Source: a virus (lineage: Duplodnaviria > Heunggongvirae > Uroviricota > Caudoviricetes). Taken from it: 38,430 nucleotides of DNA. The position numbers and the translations under genes are program-made. Under the pieces are notes generated by a model. That model was not told the DNA's origin and made no database searches. It saw only the letters and a list, made by a program, of their open reading frames with translations. The stretch covers positions 1 through 38,430 of IMG/VR virus record IMGVR_UViG_2778261428_000003; one strand, 5' to 3'. Shown piece after piece: positions 10,089-20,203 of this stretch (position 1 is its first letter; every line of letters begins with the position of its first letter).

Positions 10089-10444
10089 TACTGGTAATCC
10101 CCTTCTTCACCGTGGAACTCAAGATCAACCGTGCCTTCTTCGGCATTATGGTTCGCTTCTCCGTGCAGCCAGGCGGACGACAATACATAGACCTGACCGT
10201 TCGCCAGCTCGGCAGTGATGGTCATCTCATCAGACGAGGTGATTTTACTCACCGGAAAATTCTTCGGCACCTTGAAGGTCCCTTTGACATAAGGCGCACG
10301 GTGAGTTTCCTTGCGGTCCACTGAACCGTCCAGGCCGATGATGTCATCATTGACCGTCCTGTTCATGGGCACCTCAATGCCGCCGGTCAGCGATAGCTGC
10401 TGACCGTCAATTTTGAAATAACAGGTTCCCCCGATACGGGCCAT
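10088..10444 (-). CDS. Tail tube protein (Mu gpM-like)
   Basis: 118 aa immediately after sheath gene. Confidence 0.7.
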   Translation of the reverse strand: MARIGGTCYFKIDGQQLSLTGGIEVPMNRTVNDDIIGLDGSVDRKETHRAPYVKGTFKVPKNFPVSKITSSDEMTITAELANGQVYVLSSAWLHGEANHNAEEGTVDLEFHGEEGDYQ

Positions 10445-11940
10445 TATGCAGACTCCTCTGAATACTGAAGACGGAACTGGTTAACCACGGCAAAGACACG
10501 CAACTGGTTAACATAGTCAGGCGGGAACAGCGTGTTCAGGCGGTTCGGATCGCTGGCATCACGCTCCACAACCAGGTACTGCTTAAACAGTTCGTAGTTT
10601 TCCACGATCCCCGCACGCTCAAGCTGACGGTAGGTTGCCAGCAGTTCCCCTTTGATTACCGCCGGGGTGACAATCGCCTGACCGGGACCAAAGCGGGTAC
10701 CGTCGCTGGCAAGCTTGTGACGCCCGTACTTACTGGTAATGACGGATTTCAGTTTGCGCAGTACATACGCACTGGTATGCAGCGTCTCGCTGTCGAGGTA
10801 GCTGTTATCCGCAACCCCGTAAGAATTTTTCCTGTACGTGGTGACATCACGCTGAATGCGCAGCACCCCGCTTTCGACATACGCCGTTGCCACGCCATGA
10901 GACAGCAGGGTCTGCTGCTCGGTCATCGTGAACCGTTTCCCCTTCGGCGCAGGCAGCATACCCACCAGCTCACCGGTCTGCGTGGGACGTGCCGGATCGT
11001 TGCGGATAAACACCGCTGCGCGGGCGGTACGGCTTGCCGCCAGCTCGTCGGCAGGCGTCTGGGTCTCTTTTTCGTACCCCGCCAGGGTGATGTGCTGCTG
11101 GTTAAACTGGTCACCTGCGTTCACCAGTTCTGACAGTGTGCCGGTCTTTGCCGTATACACATGACCATACAGCTGACGCGCATAGCTCCAGCGACCGCTG
11201 GTATCGTTCATCTCGGTCACCAGCGTGTTAACGGAGGCCGTGTCGTTGAACGGCAGACCGATATAATCAAACGGCTCATCCGCCATTGCAGCCACCGCGC
11301 CGGTGAGAACCGGAGCGCCCGTTCCGGCGGTCCCCGTCGCCACGGCAATCTGTACGCCCGCTGGCAGCACTTCGCCCCCACCGAAGCCGTAGTAATTGAG
11401 GCTGACAGGAATTTCATTCCCGCAAAGCCCCTTATGACGCGCGGTCAGCGTGACAACACCAGCCGAAGATGAAGCTGTAAACGGCAGAGTCGGAACGGCA
11501 TTGATGGCATCTTTGATACTGCTGGCAATCGTCGTGACGTTATCGCCGTTGGTCACCGGAGCCTGCACGCGGGTACGTCCCACATAGACATTCACCGTGC
11601 CGCTTTCGGTTGCTTCCCCGGTCACCGTCAGCGTAACCGTTGCCGCCGCGCCTGTGGCTTCCGGAACGGCAATCACATACAGCTCACCAAACGGATCGGT
11701 CTGGCGATAAGCCTCGACCATACGCGCCAGCTGACTTCCCGCACCACAAATCTGGCGTGCATAGTCTGCCGACGGCATCAGCACCAGACTGTTGGCAACA
11801 ATCTCTGCACCGTTATTGGCATGACCAATCAGCAGCGATGCTCCGCTGTCCTGTGCAGTATTCGCCGCCTGGTTATCCATTTCCGCATAAAACAGCGGAA
11901 CCAGCGTATTCGACGGAATGGTGTTAAAGCTTATCGTCAT
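10444..11940 (-). CDS. Contractile tail sheath protein (Mu gpL-like)
   Basis: 498 aa, sheath-like translation, followed by tube. Confidence 0.85.
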   Translation of the reverse strand: MTISFNTIPSNTLVPLFYAEMDNQAANTAQDSGASLLIGHANNGAEIVANSLVLMPSADYARQICGAGSQLARMVEAYRQTDPFGELYVIAVPEATGAAATVTLTVTGEATESGTVNVYVGRTRVQAPVTNGDNVTTIASSIKDAINAVPTLPFTASSSAGVVTLTARHKGLCGNEIPVSLNYYGFGGGEVLPAGVQIAVATGTAGTGAPVLTGAVAAMADEPFDYIGLPFNDTASVNTLVTEMNDTSGRWSYARQLYGHVYTAKTGTLSELVNAGDQFNQQHITLAGYEKETQTPADELAASRTARAAVFIRNDPARPTQTGELVGMLPAPKGKRFTMTEQQTLLSHGVATAYVESGVLRIQRDVTTYRKNSYGVADNSYLDSETLHTSAYVLRKLKSVITSKYGRHKLASDGTRFGPGQAIVTPAVIKGELLATYRQLERAGIVENYELFKQYLVVERDASDPNRLNTLFPPDYVNQLRVFAVVNQFRLQYSEESA

Positions 11941-12094
11941 CGGTGTTCACCTTTTTATTCACGCGCCGGATATCACCCGCTGCTTCACGGCGCAGCCAGT
12001 AGTTGTTCTCATCAACATTTCGCCCTTCGGCGGGCAAAAGGTCGCCGCGGGCAGGGTCAGGAACTGACCGCCCTTTAACAGGTTTGACAAACAT
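11924..12094 (-). CDS. Small protein (56 aa), hypothetical, overlapping both neighbours
   Basis: Hand-translated: ATG 12094-12092 with GAGGAT upstream, MFVKPVKGRSVPDPARGDLLPAEGRNVDENNYWLRREAAGDIRRVNKKVNTDDDKL, stop 11926-11924; below the ORF-track length cutoff. Confidence 0.3.
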   Translation of the reverse strand: MFVKPVKGRSVPDPARGDLLPAEGRNVDENNYWLRREAAGDIRRVNKKVNTDDDKL

Positions 12095-12659
12095 GAGGAT
12101 CCTCAGGAAGGGTTATTTCGGTGTGATGTTCTATATCGCCGTCAGGCCCGTTACCGGGCTCGAGATAATCAACATCAATCGCCAGCGTTTGCAGTTCATC
12201 CAGACTGTTCAGATCATCCTGCTGGCGGGTATCGTCTTCAGTCAGCTCGCTGATGACCGAAAAATCGAACTGATAAATCAGCTCATGACGATTCAGATCC
12301 AGCAGCGTGCCGCTGTCATAGGTAATCGGGTTACCGCACGCCTCCGGGTTCCAGCCCAGCAGGGCCTTAAAGAGCATCTGCCGGACATCGTCCACCACAT
12401 CATACGAGGCAAACTGACCGCGCTCATCACGCCCGTTACTCAGTATGACAACCACGGAGAAGCCCTCTTTCAGCTCCTGCCAGTAGTCGGTCTGGCTTTT
12501 GTTTTCTCCCGGAGAATCATCACCCGGTACAACATATGCCGCCGGGAGTTTCAGCTTTCCGACCTCCGGCAGATTTTTGAACTGGGCCGCGCCTGCAACC
12601 CGGTTTTCAAAATACGGACAGCGGGCACGCAGTGCAGCAATAACAGGCGTCAGTTTCAT
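12075..12659 (-). CDS. Phage morphogenesis protein (DUF1834 / Mu gp37-like), neck or tail terminator region
   Basis: 194 aa acidic protein in the head-tail joining block. Confidence 0.45.
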   Translation of the reverse strand: MKLTPVIAALRARCPYFENRVAGAAQFKNLPEVGKLKLPAAYVVPGDDSPGENKSQTDYWQELKEGFSVVVILSNGRDERGQFASYDVVDDVRQMLFKALLGWNPEACGNPITYDSGTLLDLNRHELIYQFDFSVISELTEDDTRQQDDLNSLDELQTLAIDVDYLEPGNGPDGDIEHHTEITLPEDPHVCQTC

Positions 12660-13162
12660 CTGTGTCGTCGCTCCGGCTTCAGTGATTTACGCAATTCCCG
12701 CGCCAGAAAATAGCGTGTCCAGCTGCGGTTCTTTTCAAGCGTTTCCACCATGAAGTTATTACGTGGAGCCAGTCGCCAGCCGCTGCCACCGGATGCGCCA
12801 CGATGATGGCTGCGACGACGCTTTGCCCCTCGCCTCACGCCATAGAACAAAAAAGCCGGATAAAAATCACCGGTGATACGGCGGTTTCCCTCTCCATTAC
12901 GCTGGTTAGGGGCTATACGTGCCATAAAACCAGGGCGATGTTTACTGGCTCTGGGTACCATGTAACCAATCGAACGAGCCAGGCGTCCGGTCTGATAACC
13001 GGGGTTTTCACCCGGTGCCGACCGCGCACGGCGCATCACCAGCCGACGGGCATCACGCATATGACGCTGACCAATCGTGACAAACGCCCGCCGGACACGG
13101 GCGCGGTTAAAGCGCATCTCCGCGGGCTGCTGAAAATCAACGTGCAAAAAGGAAGTCGTCAT
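12656..13162 (-). CDS. Virion morphogenesis / tail completion protein (HK97 gp10-like)
   Basis: 168 aa Arg-rich protein in connector block. Confidence 0.45.
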   Translation of the reverse strand: MTTSFLHVDFQQPAEMRFNRARVRRAFVTIGQRHMRDARRLVMRRARSAPGENPGYQTGRLARSIGYMVPRASKHRPGFMARIAPNQRNGEGNRRITGDFYPAFLFYGVRRGAKRRRSHHRGASGGSGWRLAPRNNFMVETLEKNRSWTRYFLARELRKSLKPERRHR

Positions 13163-13547
13163 TGTTGCCTCCGTGACTCTGCCTACATTCGCCCAGCTCC
13201 GTACACTCCAGCAGCAGAAAGCGCCGCGCCCCGTTCAGATCGCGCTGACGTTTCACCCGGTACACACTGTCACCGCAGACCACCTCATAATCAGCGGTGA
13301 TCCCCCGGCGGTAACGAATGGTGATGTAATGGGTGATGGCGTCCCCGGTCTGCGCGGTTTCCTGCCAGGTGGTGGCACTGGTCTGGATAACCTTCGCCCA
13401 TGTCCGGAACGTAACCGGGTATTGAGGCTCCACGCCAAAGTTATCCGCGGGCATATCCACCCGCAGGCGGATCAGGACGCATTTATTCAGTTCACCGGGG
13501 TCCGGCAGAATGTAAGTTGCGCTGGTCTGCGCCTGACGAATTTTCAT
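13137..13547 (-). CDS. Head closure / head-tail adaptor protein
   Basis: 136 aa, position after gp6-like connector. Confidence 0.5.
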   Translation of the reverse strand: MKIRQAQTSATYILPDPGELNKCVLIRLRVDMPADNFGVEPQYPVTFRTWAKVIQTSATTWQETAQTGDAITHYITIRYRRGITADYEVVCGDSVYRVKRQRDLNGARRFLLLECTELGECRQSHGGNNDDFLFAR

Positions 13548-13867
13548 TGCGGAAAGTACCTGTACGGGCCGACAAGCCAGCCAAAACTCTGCGGCATGTC
13601 GAGTTTCTCCACTTCCGTAACCGACGAGCGGTTTTCGTAAAAATGGCTGATAAGCATCAGCATCCCCAGACGAATATCATCCGGCAGGTGCAGCCCGTCC
13701 GGATCGCTGTCCGGAATGGATTCATCCGGTGCATAGAGCTTCCGGTTCAGATACGTTTCCGTCCGCTTTTGCGCCGCACAGGCCAGCAGTTGCAGATGGC
13801 GGTCATCAGCATCGAAATCCTCATCCAGCCGGAGTTGGGCTTTAATCTCTTCCATTGTCAGAAGCAT
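13544..13867 (-). CDS. Head-tail connector protein (gp6-like)
   Basis: 107 aa (MLLTMEEIKAQLRLDEDFDADD...), typical gp6-like N-terminus. Confidence 0.55.
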   Translation of the reverse strand: MLLTMEEIKAQLRLDEDFDADDRHLQLLACAAQKRTETYLNRKLYAPDESIPDSDPDGLHLPDDIRLGMLMLISHFYENRSSVTEVEKLDMPQSFGWLVGPYRYFPQ

Positions 13868-13869
13868 AC

Positions 13870-14070
13870 TCAGCTCTCTTTACTGGTCGTGGCTTTTTTC
13901 TCTTTTGCCGCTTTACTGCTTTTTGCACTGGTTCCGCGCTCAGCTAACCCGGCCTGAAGTGCAATCTCCTGCACCCGGGCAGGAAGCGCCCCGTCGTCAT
14001 ACTCACCGGCCCGAATGACCTCAACACGCATACCGTCCGGTGACCATTTCAGATCTTGTTTCAGGATCAT
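13870..14070 (-). CDS. Small hypothetical protein (66 aa) downstream of capsid gene
   Basis: Tight packing with downstream gene; Lys/Ser-rich tail. Confidence 0.35.
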   Translation of the reverse strand: MILKQDLKWSPDGMRVEVIRAGEYDDGALPARVQEIALQAGLAERGTSAKSSKAAKEKKATTSKES

Positions 14071-14119
14071 GATTCTTCACCCGTCAGAACAGGGGGCGCG
14101 GTTCCGCGCCCCTGAATGA

Positions 14120-15325
14120 TTACGCCGCTGCAATCTTCAGCAGTTTGATGGCCTGCGAATCGACCAGCATCCCGCCGGTGCGCTTGGTGGTATAAAAACC
14201 GACAAACGGTTTATTGGTGTACGGATCACGGAGAATGCGGGTGCCGATACGGTCAACGATGGTGTAACCCCGTTTGAAGTTACCAAATGCAATGGCTTTC
14301 GCATCAGCGGCGATATCCGGCATCTGTTCGTTTTCAGCGATACCGTAACCCGCCAGAGAGGACGGCTGCCCCAGTTCCAGCCCCGGACGCCACAGATAGT
14401 TACCCTCGGTGTCTTTCAGCAGACGGATGGCAAACAGGCTGTTGTTGTTCATCATGAACTTCGCGCCAGTGCGGTGTGCCTTTCGCAGCGTGTAAATCAG
14501 TTTGATAATGGCGTCTGCGGTCACCGCGGTCGCTTCGCCGGATACAATATGCTGAAGTTTGCCGAACGCCCGGACCTTATCGGTTTCATCAGTGGATTCA
14601 TACGCCAGGAACCCTTTCGGCTTCTTGGTACCATCGCCGGTGGTAAAGGCAATTTCTTCCTGTTCGGCAAATTCGGTTGCCAGCTCGCTGTTGATCCAGG
14701 CCTCCACGTTGAAGAAGGCATCATCCAGCATTTTCTGGGTGGCCTGCGGGTTGCCGTAGATTTCCCCCATGAGAGGTTCAATCAGCTCCAGTCTGGAGGT
14801 GGCAGTCTGGGATCGCGTATCCGTTTCCCCCACCCATCCGGAAGCCGTGCCGCCCAGATTCACCAGTTTTTTGTAGTCGGAACCGCCAACGGTGATCACC
14901 GTGGCTTCCTGGCGCATCACCACTTCATCTTTCAGCAGGGTGAGAATGTTGCGATCCAGCGCTTCCGGCACGGCATAGCCACCGTCTTCATCGGTGCCCA
15001 CCTGCAATGCCTTACGCTCCAGATCGCGCAGACCATCTTCACGGCCTTTACGCAAAAAGCCCACAAACGCTTCTTTATGCTCGGTGGCCAGTTTATTTTG
15101 CGCACCACCTGCCGGACGTTTCAGCTCAAGCAGCTCTTTTTCAAGATCGCTTTTGAGGTTTTCCAGCTCGCTGAGTTTCCCGTTCAGGGTTTCCACCTGC
15201 CCGGCAAGCTTGCCTTTTTCCTGCTCAATCGCATCCACGCGCTTGTCGTTCTTTGCTTTGAAGTCGTCAAACTTCTGCTGCAGCTCCTGCGCGACCTGTT
15301 CGACATCTTTAATATCAACCGCCAT
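14120..15325 (-). CDS. Major capsid protein, HK97 family
   Basis: 401 aa with N-terminal coiled delta-domain-like region and HK97-fold-like body; AGGAG before ATG; follows the prohead protease. Confidence 0.85.
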   Translation of the reverse strand: MAVDIKDVEQVAQELQQKFDDFKAKNDKRVDAIEQEKGKLAGQVETLNGKLSELENLKSDLEKELLELKRPAGGAQNKLATEHKEAFVGFLRKGREDGLRDLERKALQVGTDEDGGYAVPEALDRNILTLLKDEVVMRQEATVITVGGSDYKKLVNLGGTASGWVGETDTRSQTATSRLELIEPLMGEIYGNPQATQKMLDDAFFNVEAWINSELATEFAEQEEIAFTTGDGTKKPKGFLAYESTDETDKVRAFGKLQHIVSGEATAVTADAIIKLIYTLRKAHRTGAKFMMNNNSLFAIRLLKDTEGNYLWRPGLELGQPSSLAGYGIAENEQMPDIAADAKAIAFGNFKRGYTIVDRIGTRILRDPYTNKPFVGFYTTKRTGGMLVDSQAIKLLKIAAA

Positions 15326-15339
15326 CGTATTTCTCCTGA

Positions 15340-15990
15340 TTAGAAGTTCAGATTTTTCAGTGCATTCAGTGCAGAGCCCACATCCTCAGCGTCGCGCAGG
15401 GACAGTGCGCCATAGCCCCCGGCCATGAATGCTTTGGCCTGGGTACGGGAGAGTCCGACATCACGCAGGACTCTTTCGATTTTTTTCTGTTCGGGGATTT
15501 CCCCGCGGGCCAGTGCGTTCTTGACGTCGCTGATCCGCGCCTCGTCGTTAGACGGGAACGTCACCAGGCTGACTTCCCAGAGGTCGATTTCTTTCAGCAG
15601 AAAGGCTTCTTTCGTCCGGTCGTATTCCCAGTCCTTCAGGACGTACCCAATAGAAAGGCCGGTTAACGAACCGGCCTTCATGTGTGCATGTGCGCGTTTT
15701 GCCAGGGGATCATCATCAATGAGCAACCGCCCCCTGACGTAAAGCCCGACATCGTCTTCCTTCATTTCGGTGTAAACACCGATGGGTTCATCCATGCGGT
15801 GCTGCCAGAGCAGCGCAGGTAACGCTTTTCTGTCACTCCACGCCCGCAGGGAAGCAGCAAATGCCCCGGACATCACCACATCATCGTGGCTGTCCTTTAC
15901 ACCAAAGACGGAGCCATACCCTTCAAACTCACCGGAGTCACTGACAGATTTCAGACTCAGCGGTACATCAAGACGTTGTTTCGTCTGCAT
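15340..15990 (-). CDS. Prohead protease, HK97 family
   Basis: Start moved to ATG at 15990 (MQTKQRL...) which has an AAGGA Shine-Dalgarno; the ORF-track start at 16026 has none. Confidence 0.8.
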   Translation of the reverse strand: MQTKQRLDVPLSLKSVSDSGEFEGYGSVFGVKDSHDDVVMSGAFAASLRAWSDRKALPALLWQHRMDEPIGVYTEMKEDDVGLYVRGRLLIDDDPLAKRAHAHMKAGSLTGLSIGYVLKDWEYDRTKEAFLLKEIDLWEVSLVTFPSNDEARISDVKNALARGEIPEQKKIERVLRDVGLSRTQAKAFMAGGYGALSLRDAEDVGSALNALKNLNF

Positions 15991-17209
15991 TGGCGTTATC
16001 CTTCTGCTTACCGGCTTTACTGCCATCGGAGGGTTTCGTGGTCATGTTCATCGGTGTGAGATAGACATCACCACCGGGACGCGGATTCATATCTTCCAGG
16101 TCGCGGCAGTCATTGGGAGAGTAAATTCCCCAGTTAATCCCGGTGGCGTAGGCTTCAAAACGGGACTTCATATCCCCGCGCAGTAACGCCCCGGCGTTAA
16201 ATTTGGCGTAATAAACGCCCTGCTTACTTTTTCGTACCAGTCCGGTGTTGATCCGCTGTTCGATGCGGGTCAGATACGGCACCAGTGAATAGTTGATAAA
16301 TCCGAGCCCCAGTTCTTCGATATTGTTGAAGGTGGCGCGATCGGTGTTCTGCACCATGTGCAATGGCACCCGGAACAGACGACAGATTTCTTCAAGCTGA
16401 AACTTGCGGGTTTCCAGGAACTGGCTGTCCTCTGCGTTCAACGCCATCGACTTCCAGTCCAGCCCCATCTCAAGGATCATCGGGCGGTGAGCATTGCCAA
16501 GCCCGGTGTGACGCTCCTCAAAATCTTTCTTCAGGCGCTCATAAGCCTGATCCGACAGCGTCTGCTCTGTACGCAACACACCCGACGTCACCGCGCCATT
16601 GCTGAACAGTCTGGCCCCGTGCTCTTCGGTCGCTGCCGCCAGCGATATTGCCTCGCGGGCATAGGCGATGGGATTCAGTCCCACCAGACCGTCCAGCGTC
16701 AGCGTGCGCACATGCCAGATATCTTCCTGGCTCAGTACATCCGTGGAGCCGTCCGGAAATGTGACCTGGTAAACCGGTTCCCAGCTACTGTTAAGCTTCG
16801 GTACCACACAACCGGGATCGACGGGCAGCAGTTCAGCCACTTCGCCAAATGCTTTCACTTTGTAGGCGTAAAAATTTCCCCTCAGACACAGACAGGTGAC
16901 CACCAGCTCCCAGAACTCCTGCGGCGTCATATAGCTATTGGGATGCGTGGAAATCAGTTTATGCAGACGTTCGCCGGTGGCTCTCTGCTTCAGGCTGCCG
17001 TTCAGGTGATACAGATTGCAGGGCAACATCCCGACCGACTCTGCCAGCACTCTGACGCAGGAAAAAACCGCCGTCAGTCGCATGGCTCGCTGACTGCTGA
17101 TCTGCTTTCCGGTATAGGTGTCGTAGGACAACCCGATGGCATCCGCCAGCTCTGCTGGCGTGGTCACCGGTGCGTCACTTTTTCGTTGAAATAATCCCGA
17201 AAAGAACAC
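15968..17209 (-). CDS. Portal protein, HK97 family
   Basis: 413 aa, portal-like, between terminase and protease. Confidence 0.85.
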   Translation of the reverse strand: MFFSGLFQRKSDAPVTTPAELADAIGLSYDTYTGKQISSQRAMRLTAVFSCVRVLAESVGMLPCNLYHLNGSLKQRATGERLHKLISTHPNSYMTPQEFWELVVTCLCLRGNFYAYKVKAFGEVAELLPVDPGCVVPKLNSSWEPVYQVTFPDGSTDVLSQEDIWHVRTLTLDGLVGLNPIAYAREAISLAAATEEHGARLFSNGAVTSGVLRTEQTLSDQAYERLKKDFEERHTGLGNAHRPMILEMGLDWKSMALNAEDSQFLETRKFQLEEICRLFRVPLHMVQNTDRATFNNIEELGLGFINYSLVPYLTRIEQRINTGLVRKSKQGVYYAKFNAGALLRGDMKSRFEAYATGINWGIYSPNDCRDLEDMNPRPGGDVYLTPMNMTTKPSDGSKAGKQKDNANADETTS

Positions 17210-17391
17210 TATTTACCTCCACCAACAGACAGCTGTGTACGGTTGAGATATCGCGCCACCAGCCACGACCAGAACAGGCACAACGCCCCGGCAACAACAA
17301 ACCCCGCCGGGGGATAAATCAGCCAGGCACCATACGCCAGCAAAAGCGCCCCCAGCACGCCCACCAGAGGCGCGAGAATCAGCATGATCAT
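17209..17391 (-). CDS. Small two-TM membrane protein (60 aa), hypothetical
   Basis: Two hydrophobic helices; stop overlaps the portal start codon. Confidence 0.35.
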   Translation of the reverse strand: MIMLILAPLVGVLGALLLAYGAWLIYPPAGFVVAGALCLFWSWLVARYLNRTQLSVGGGK

Positions 17392-17402
17392 AATTACCTC
17401 AG

Positions 17403-19136
17403 TTAAAGCGAGCGGATCCCATAGGACTCAATGTGGTCAGACAGCGTGTCTTCTTTCTCGTACAGCATGGCTCTGCCAACCGCCATAATCAGCGCAACTG
17501 CACCATCGATTTTGTTTTCCGCCTGCTCCTTGACAGGCTTCACCACATCATCGTTACCCGGAATGGTTTTGCCGACCACGTTGCCGATACACCAGGTCAT
17601 GATGGGATTGCCGTCATGATGAAAGCGCCCCGATTCAATCGCCGCTTCCAGCTCTTTCATCGGATCGGACATGTTGGTGTAATTCTGAATGATGGTGATG
17701 GGGTTCAGGTCTTCATCAGCAAGGTCATGCGACAGCCCGGTCGCCCCGAAGGGGTCGATGGGTGACTCACTGACCGGGCTGATTTTGTTCGCCGCTTTGG
17801 CCTCCTCGAGGATGTAGCGATAATCCACCTCCGCACCAGCGGTAACAGTCAGAACGCCCATTTCCACCCATTTCTGAAAGCGTTCGGCTGTCCGTCGATC
17901 TTCATTTTTCTCGACGCTGTACACCGTGTCATACGGTACCCAGAAACGCGGGGCCACACTGTAGTAATGCGTTTTACCGTCAATCTCGCGGGTATAAAGT
18001 CGCGCCATGCTGTTCATATCCAGCTTACGCGCCAGGTCAAAGGCCAGAATGCACGGCTGCCCCTCGAACTGCTCAAGGGTCAGTGATTTATCCTCGCAGC
18101 TCTGCCAGCTCACCAGGTTGAAATACGCCGAACGCGCCGACACCCAGATATTGAGGTGTTTTGTTTTAAAGACGTTTGCCAGACGGGCGTTATTTTTCGC
18201 ACGCTGCTGCTGACTTAACAAAAATTCGCGATAAACCGACACGCCAATATTTGGATTGGCTTTTTCCAGCACCTGCGGGTCGGTCCAGTCGTCACCTTCA
18301 TCAACGGTATAGATGATCCCGAACAGTTCATCGTTAGGCACCGAGCCGTTGAGCATCTCGATGACTTCCCGCCGCTTGTCGTAGCACGGCCCCTCAATGT
18401 TGTACCCGGCGGTGGTGATGGCCCACATCAGTGGCTGACGTCGCGCGCCCATCCCGGTAAGCATCGTGGTGTAAAGTGCATCTGTGGCATGCTCGTGATA
18501 TTCATCCACCACAGCACAGTGGGGTGATGAACCATCACCGGGGTTACCGATCAGCGGTTCAAACCGCGCGCCATCCTCCGGACGGTTCATGTTTGAGGCG
18601 TTAACCTCAATCCCGAACGCTTCCGTCAGCATGGGTGTGCGTTTACACATCAGTCGCGCCGGGCGAAAGACTTCCCACGCCTGTTTCTCTGTCGTGGCAC
18701 CGGAATACACTTCCGCGCCAAACTCGTTATCACAGGCAAAACAATACAGGGCAACACCGGCAGAGATTGCCGATTTGCCGTTCTTACGGGGGATTTCGGT
18801 ATACACCTCCCGGAAGCGGCGCAGCCGGGTACCTTTATTGACCCAGCCAAACGCACAGCAGATCACAAAGAGCTGCCACGGCTCCAGCGTGATGGGCATC
18901 CGTTTGAATGCCCACTCACCCTTGGTATGCGGCAACAGCTGAATAAATTTGGCGGCCCGTTCAGCCAGGTCCTTGTCGAAGCGGTAACGAAACGACTTAC
19001 TTTTTTCCGCCATCAGGTCATCAAGATGGCGCTGGCAGGCCTGAATCACAAACTGGCAGGCCACAATCTTTCCGCGAACGACATCCCGGGCATACTGATT
19101 GGCAGCATTTACGTTGGGGTAAGATTTCCGGCTCAT
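17403..19136 (-). CDS. Terminase large subunit
   Basis: 577 aa with ATPase and nuclease halves typical of TerL. Confidence 0.9.
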   Translation of the reverse strand: MSRKSYPNVNAANQYARDVVRGKIVACQFVIQACQRHLDDLMAEKSKSFRYRFDKDLAERAAKFIQLLPHTKGEWAFKRMPITLEPWQLFVICCAFGWVNKGTRLRRFREVYTEIPRKNGKSAISAGVALYCFACDNEFGAEVYSGATTEKQAWEVFRPARLMCKRTPMLTEAFGIEVNASNMNRPEDGARFEPLIGNPGDGSSPHCAVVDEYHEHATDALYTTMLTGMGARRQPLMWAITTAGYNIEGPCYDKRREVIEMLNGSVPNDELFGIIYTVDEGDDWTDPQVLEKANPNIGVSVYREFLLSQQQRAKNNARLANVFKTKHLNIWVSARSAYFNLVSWQSCEDKSLTLEQFEGQPCILAFDLARKLDMNSMARLYTREIDGKTHYYSVAPRFWVPYDTVYSVEKNEDRRTAERFQKWVEMGVLTVTAGAEVDYRYILEEAKAANKISPVSESPIDPFGATGLSHDLADEDLNPITIIQNYTNMSDPMKELEAAIESGRFHHDGNPIMTWCIGNVVGKTIPGNDDVVKPVKEQAENKIDGAVALIMAVGRAMLYEKEDTLSDHIESYGIRSL

Positions 19137-19149
19137 GATTCGATGATTT

Positions 19150-19635
19150 TCAGATTGTCAGAAACGGGTTAGTGGCTTTCTTCTTCCCCGCCAGGCCAAT
19201 CAGACGCTGGCGGCTGCTGGGGTCGAGTCCGAGCATTGCCCCCGTGCTGCTCATCTCGGACTCCTGTTCTTTTTTGGCGGTCAGCTCCGGATTTTTGACC
19301 ATGCCGCCCATTGCACCGGTGATGGTGTTGCCCTGTCTGGCAATATTTTTCACGGCACGTCGCCAGAATTCATAGGCCACACACCACCGCTCAAGCACCG
19401 CGAGGTCAGTCACGCACAGCAGGCCCTGACCGCAGAGTTCTTTGGTTGTCAGTTGCCACATGATCGTGGCGAGAGGGAGATCTTCTTCAGCGAACCACTC
19501 CGGTGGCTCAACACCTTTGATGGGCGTAAAAACAGGTTCATCTTTGTTCAGGGCTCGCTTGCCGGGATTTCCGGCCAGCGCCTTGCGCGCCGTTGGCTTG
19601 GGGCGACGCCCGGAACGCCCCGCCGTTCCAGCCAT
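19150..19635 (-). CDS. Terminase small subunit (P27 family)
   Basis: Start set to ATG at 19635 preceded by AGGAG; N-terminus [27 protein letters not shown] typical of P27-type TerS. Confidence 0.7.
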   Translation of the reverse strand: MAGTAGRSGRRPKPTARKALAGNPGKRALNKDEPVFTPIKGVEPPEWFAEEDLPLATIMWQLTTKELCGQGLLCVTDLAVLERWCVAYEFWRRAVKNIARQGNTITGAMGGMVKNPELTAKKEQESEMSSTGAMLGLDPSSRQRLIGLAGKKKATNPFLTI

Positions 19636-19760
19636 ATGCGGCACTCCTGGTTAAATTTCATTTTTCGCGGGTATAAAAAAACGATGGGGCGGGCAGTCCG
19701 GAAGACGTCAGGCTGCAGGGATTTGACCCGCCCCTCCCCTCAGACAGTTGAGAATTATTA

Positions 19761-20111
19761 TCACTTTAACCGTTCACGGGCCGTCTTCGCCTTATGACAC
19801 GGCCAGCACAGACTCTGCAGATTACTGTCAGCATCAGTGCCGCCATGCGCTTTAGGGATGATGTGGTCAACAGTTTTCGCCTCACGCACCACACCAGCAC
19901 GCAGACATAACTGACACAGACCTTTGTCACGCTTCAGAACACGCGCGCGGATACTGTCCCACTTCGAACCGTAGCCGCGCTGATGACGGGATTGTCCAGG
20001 TTTGTATTGCTTCCAGCCTTCGCTTTTGTGGCTTTCGCAGTAGCCTGACGGGTCAGTAGTGGTATGGCGGCAGCCGCGAACACGGCAGGCTTTCGGGGTT
20101 CGTGGCGGCAT
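19761..20111 (-). CDS. HNH endonuclease
   Basis: Cys-rich 116-aa protein with HNH motif (...DHIIPKAHGGTDADSNLQSLCWPCH...) next to terminase. Confidence 0.85.
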   Translation of the reverse strand: MPPRTPKACRVRGCRHTTTDPSGYCESHKSEGWKQYKPGQSRHQRGYGSKWDSIRARVLKRDKGLCQLCLRAGVVREAKTVDHIIPKAHGGTDADSNLQSLCWPCHKAKTARERLK

Positions 20112-20158
20112 TAATGCTTCCCTTTAAGTTATTACGATGGAACAGACCATAGAAATGG

Positions 20159-20184
20159 CAATAAAAAACCGCCCGGAGGCGGTT
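20159..20184 (-). terminator. Rho-independent terminator after the moron gene
   Basis: Minus strand: aaccgcc-tccg-ggcggtt followed by TTTTTTAT. Confidence 0.6.
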
Positions 20185-20203
20185 CAATTATCATCTCGAT
20201 AAA

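Noticed and set aside
12003-12713. 236-aa plus-strand ORF
   Set aside because: Antisense to the minus-strand morphogenesis gene 12075..12659, which fits operon packing
14474-15343. 289-aa plus-strand ORF
   Set aside because: Antisense to the HK97-type capsid gene; low-complexity, His/Phe-rich translation
16358-17194. 278-aa plus-strand ORF
   Set aside because: Entirely antisense to the well-supported portal gene; no ribosome-binding site; GC-rich antisense ORFs of this kind are common artefacts
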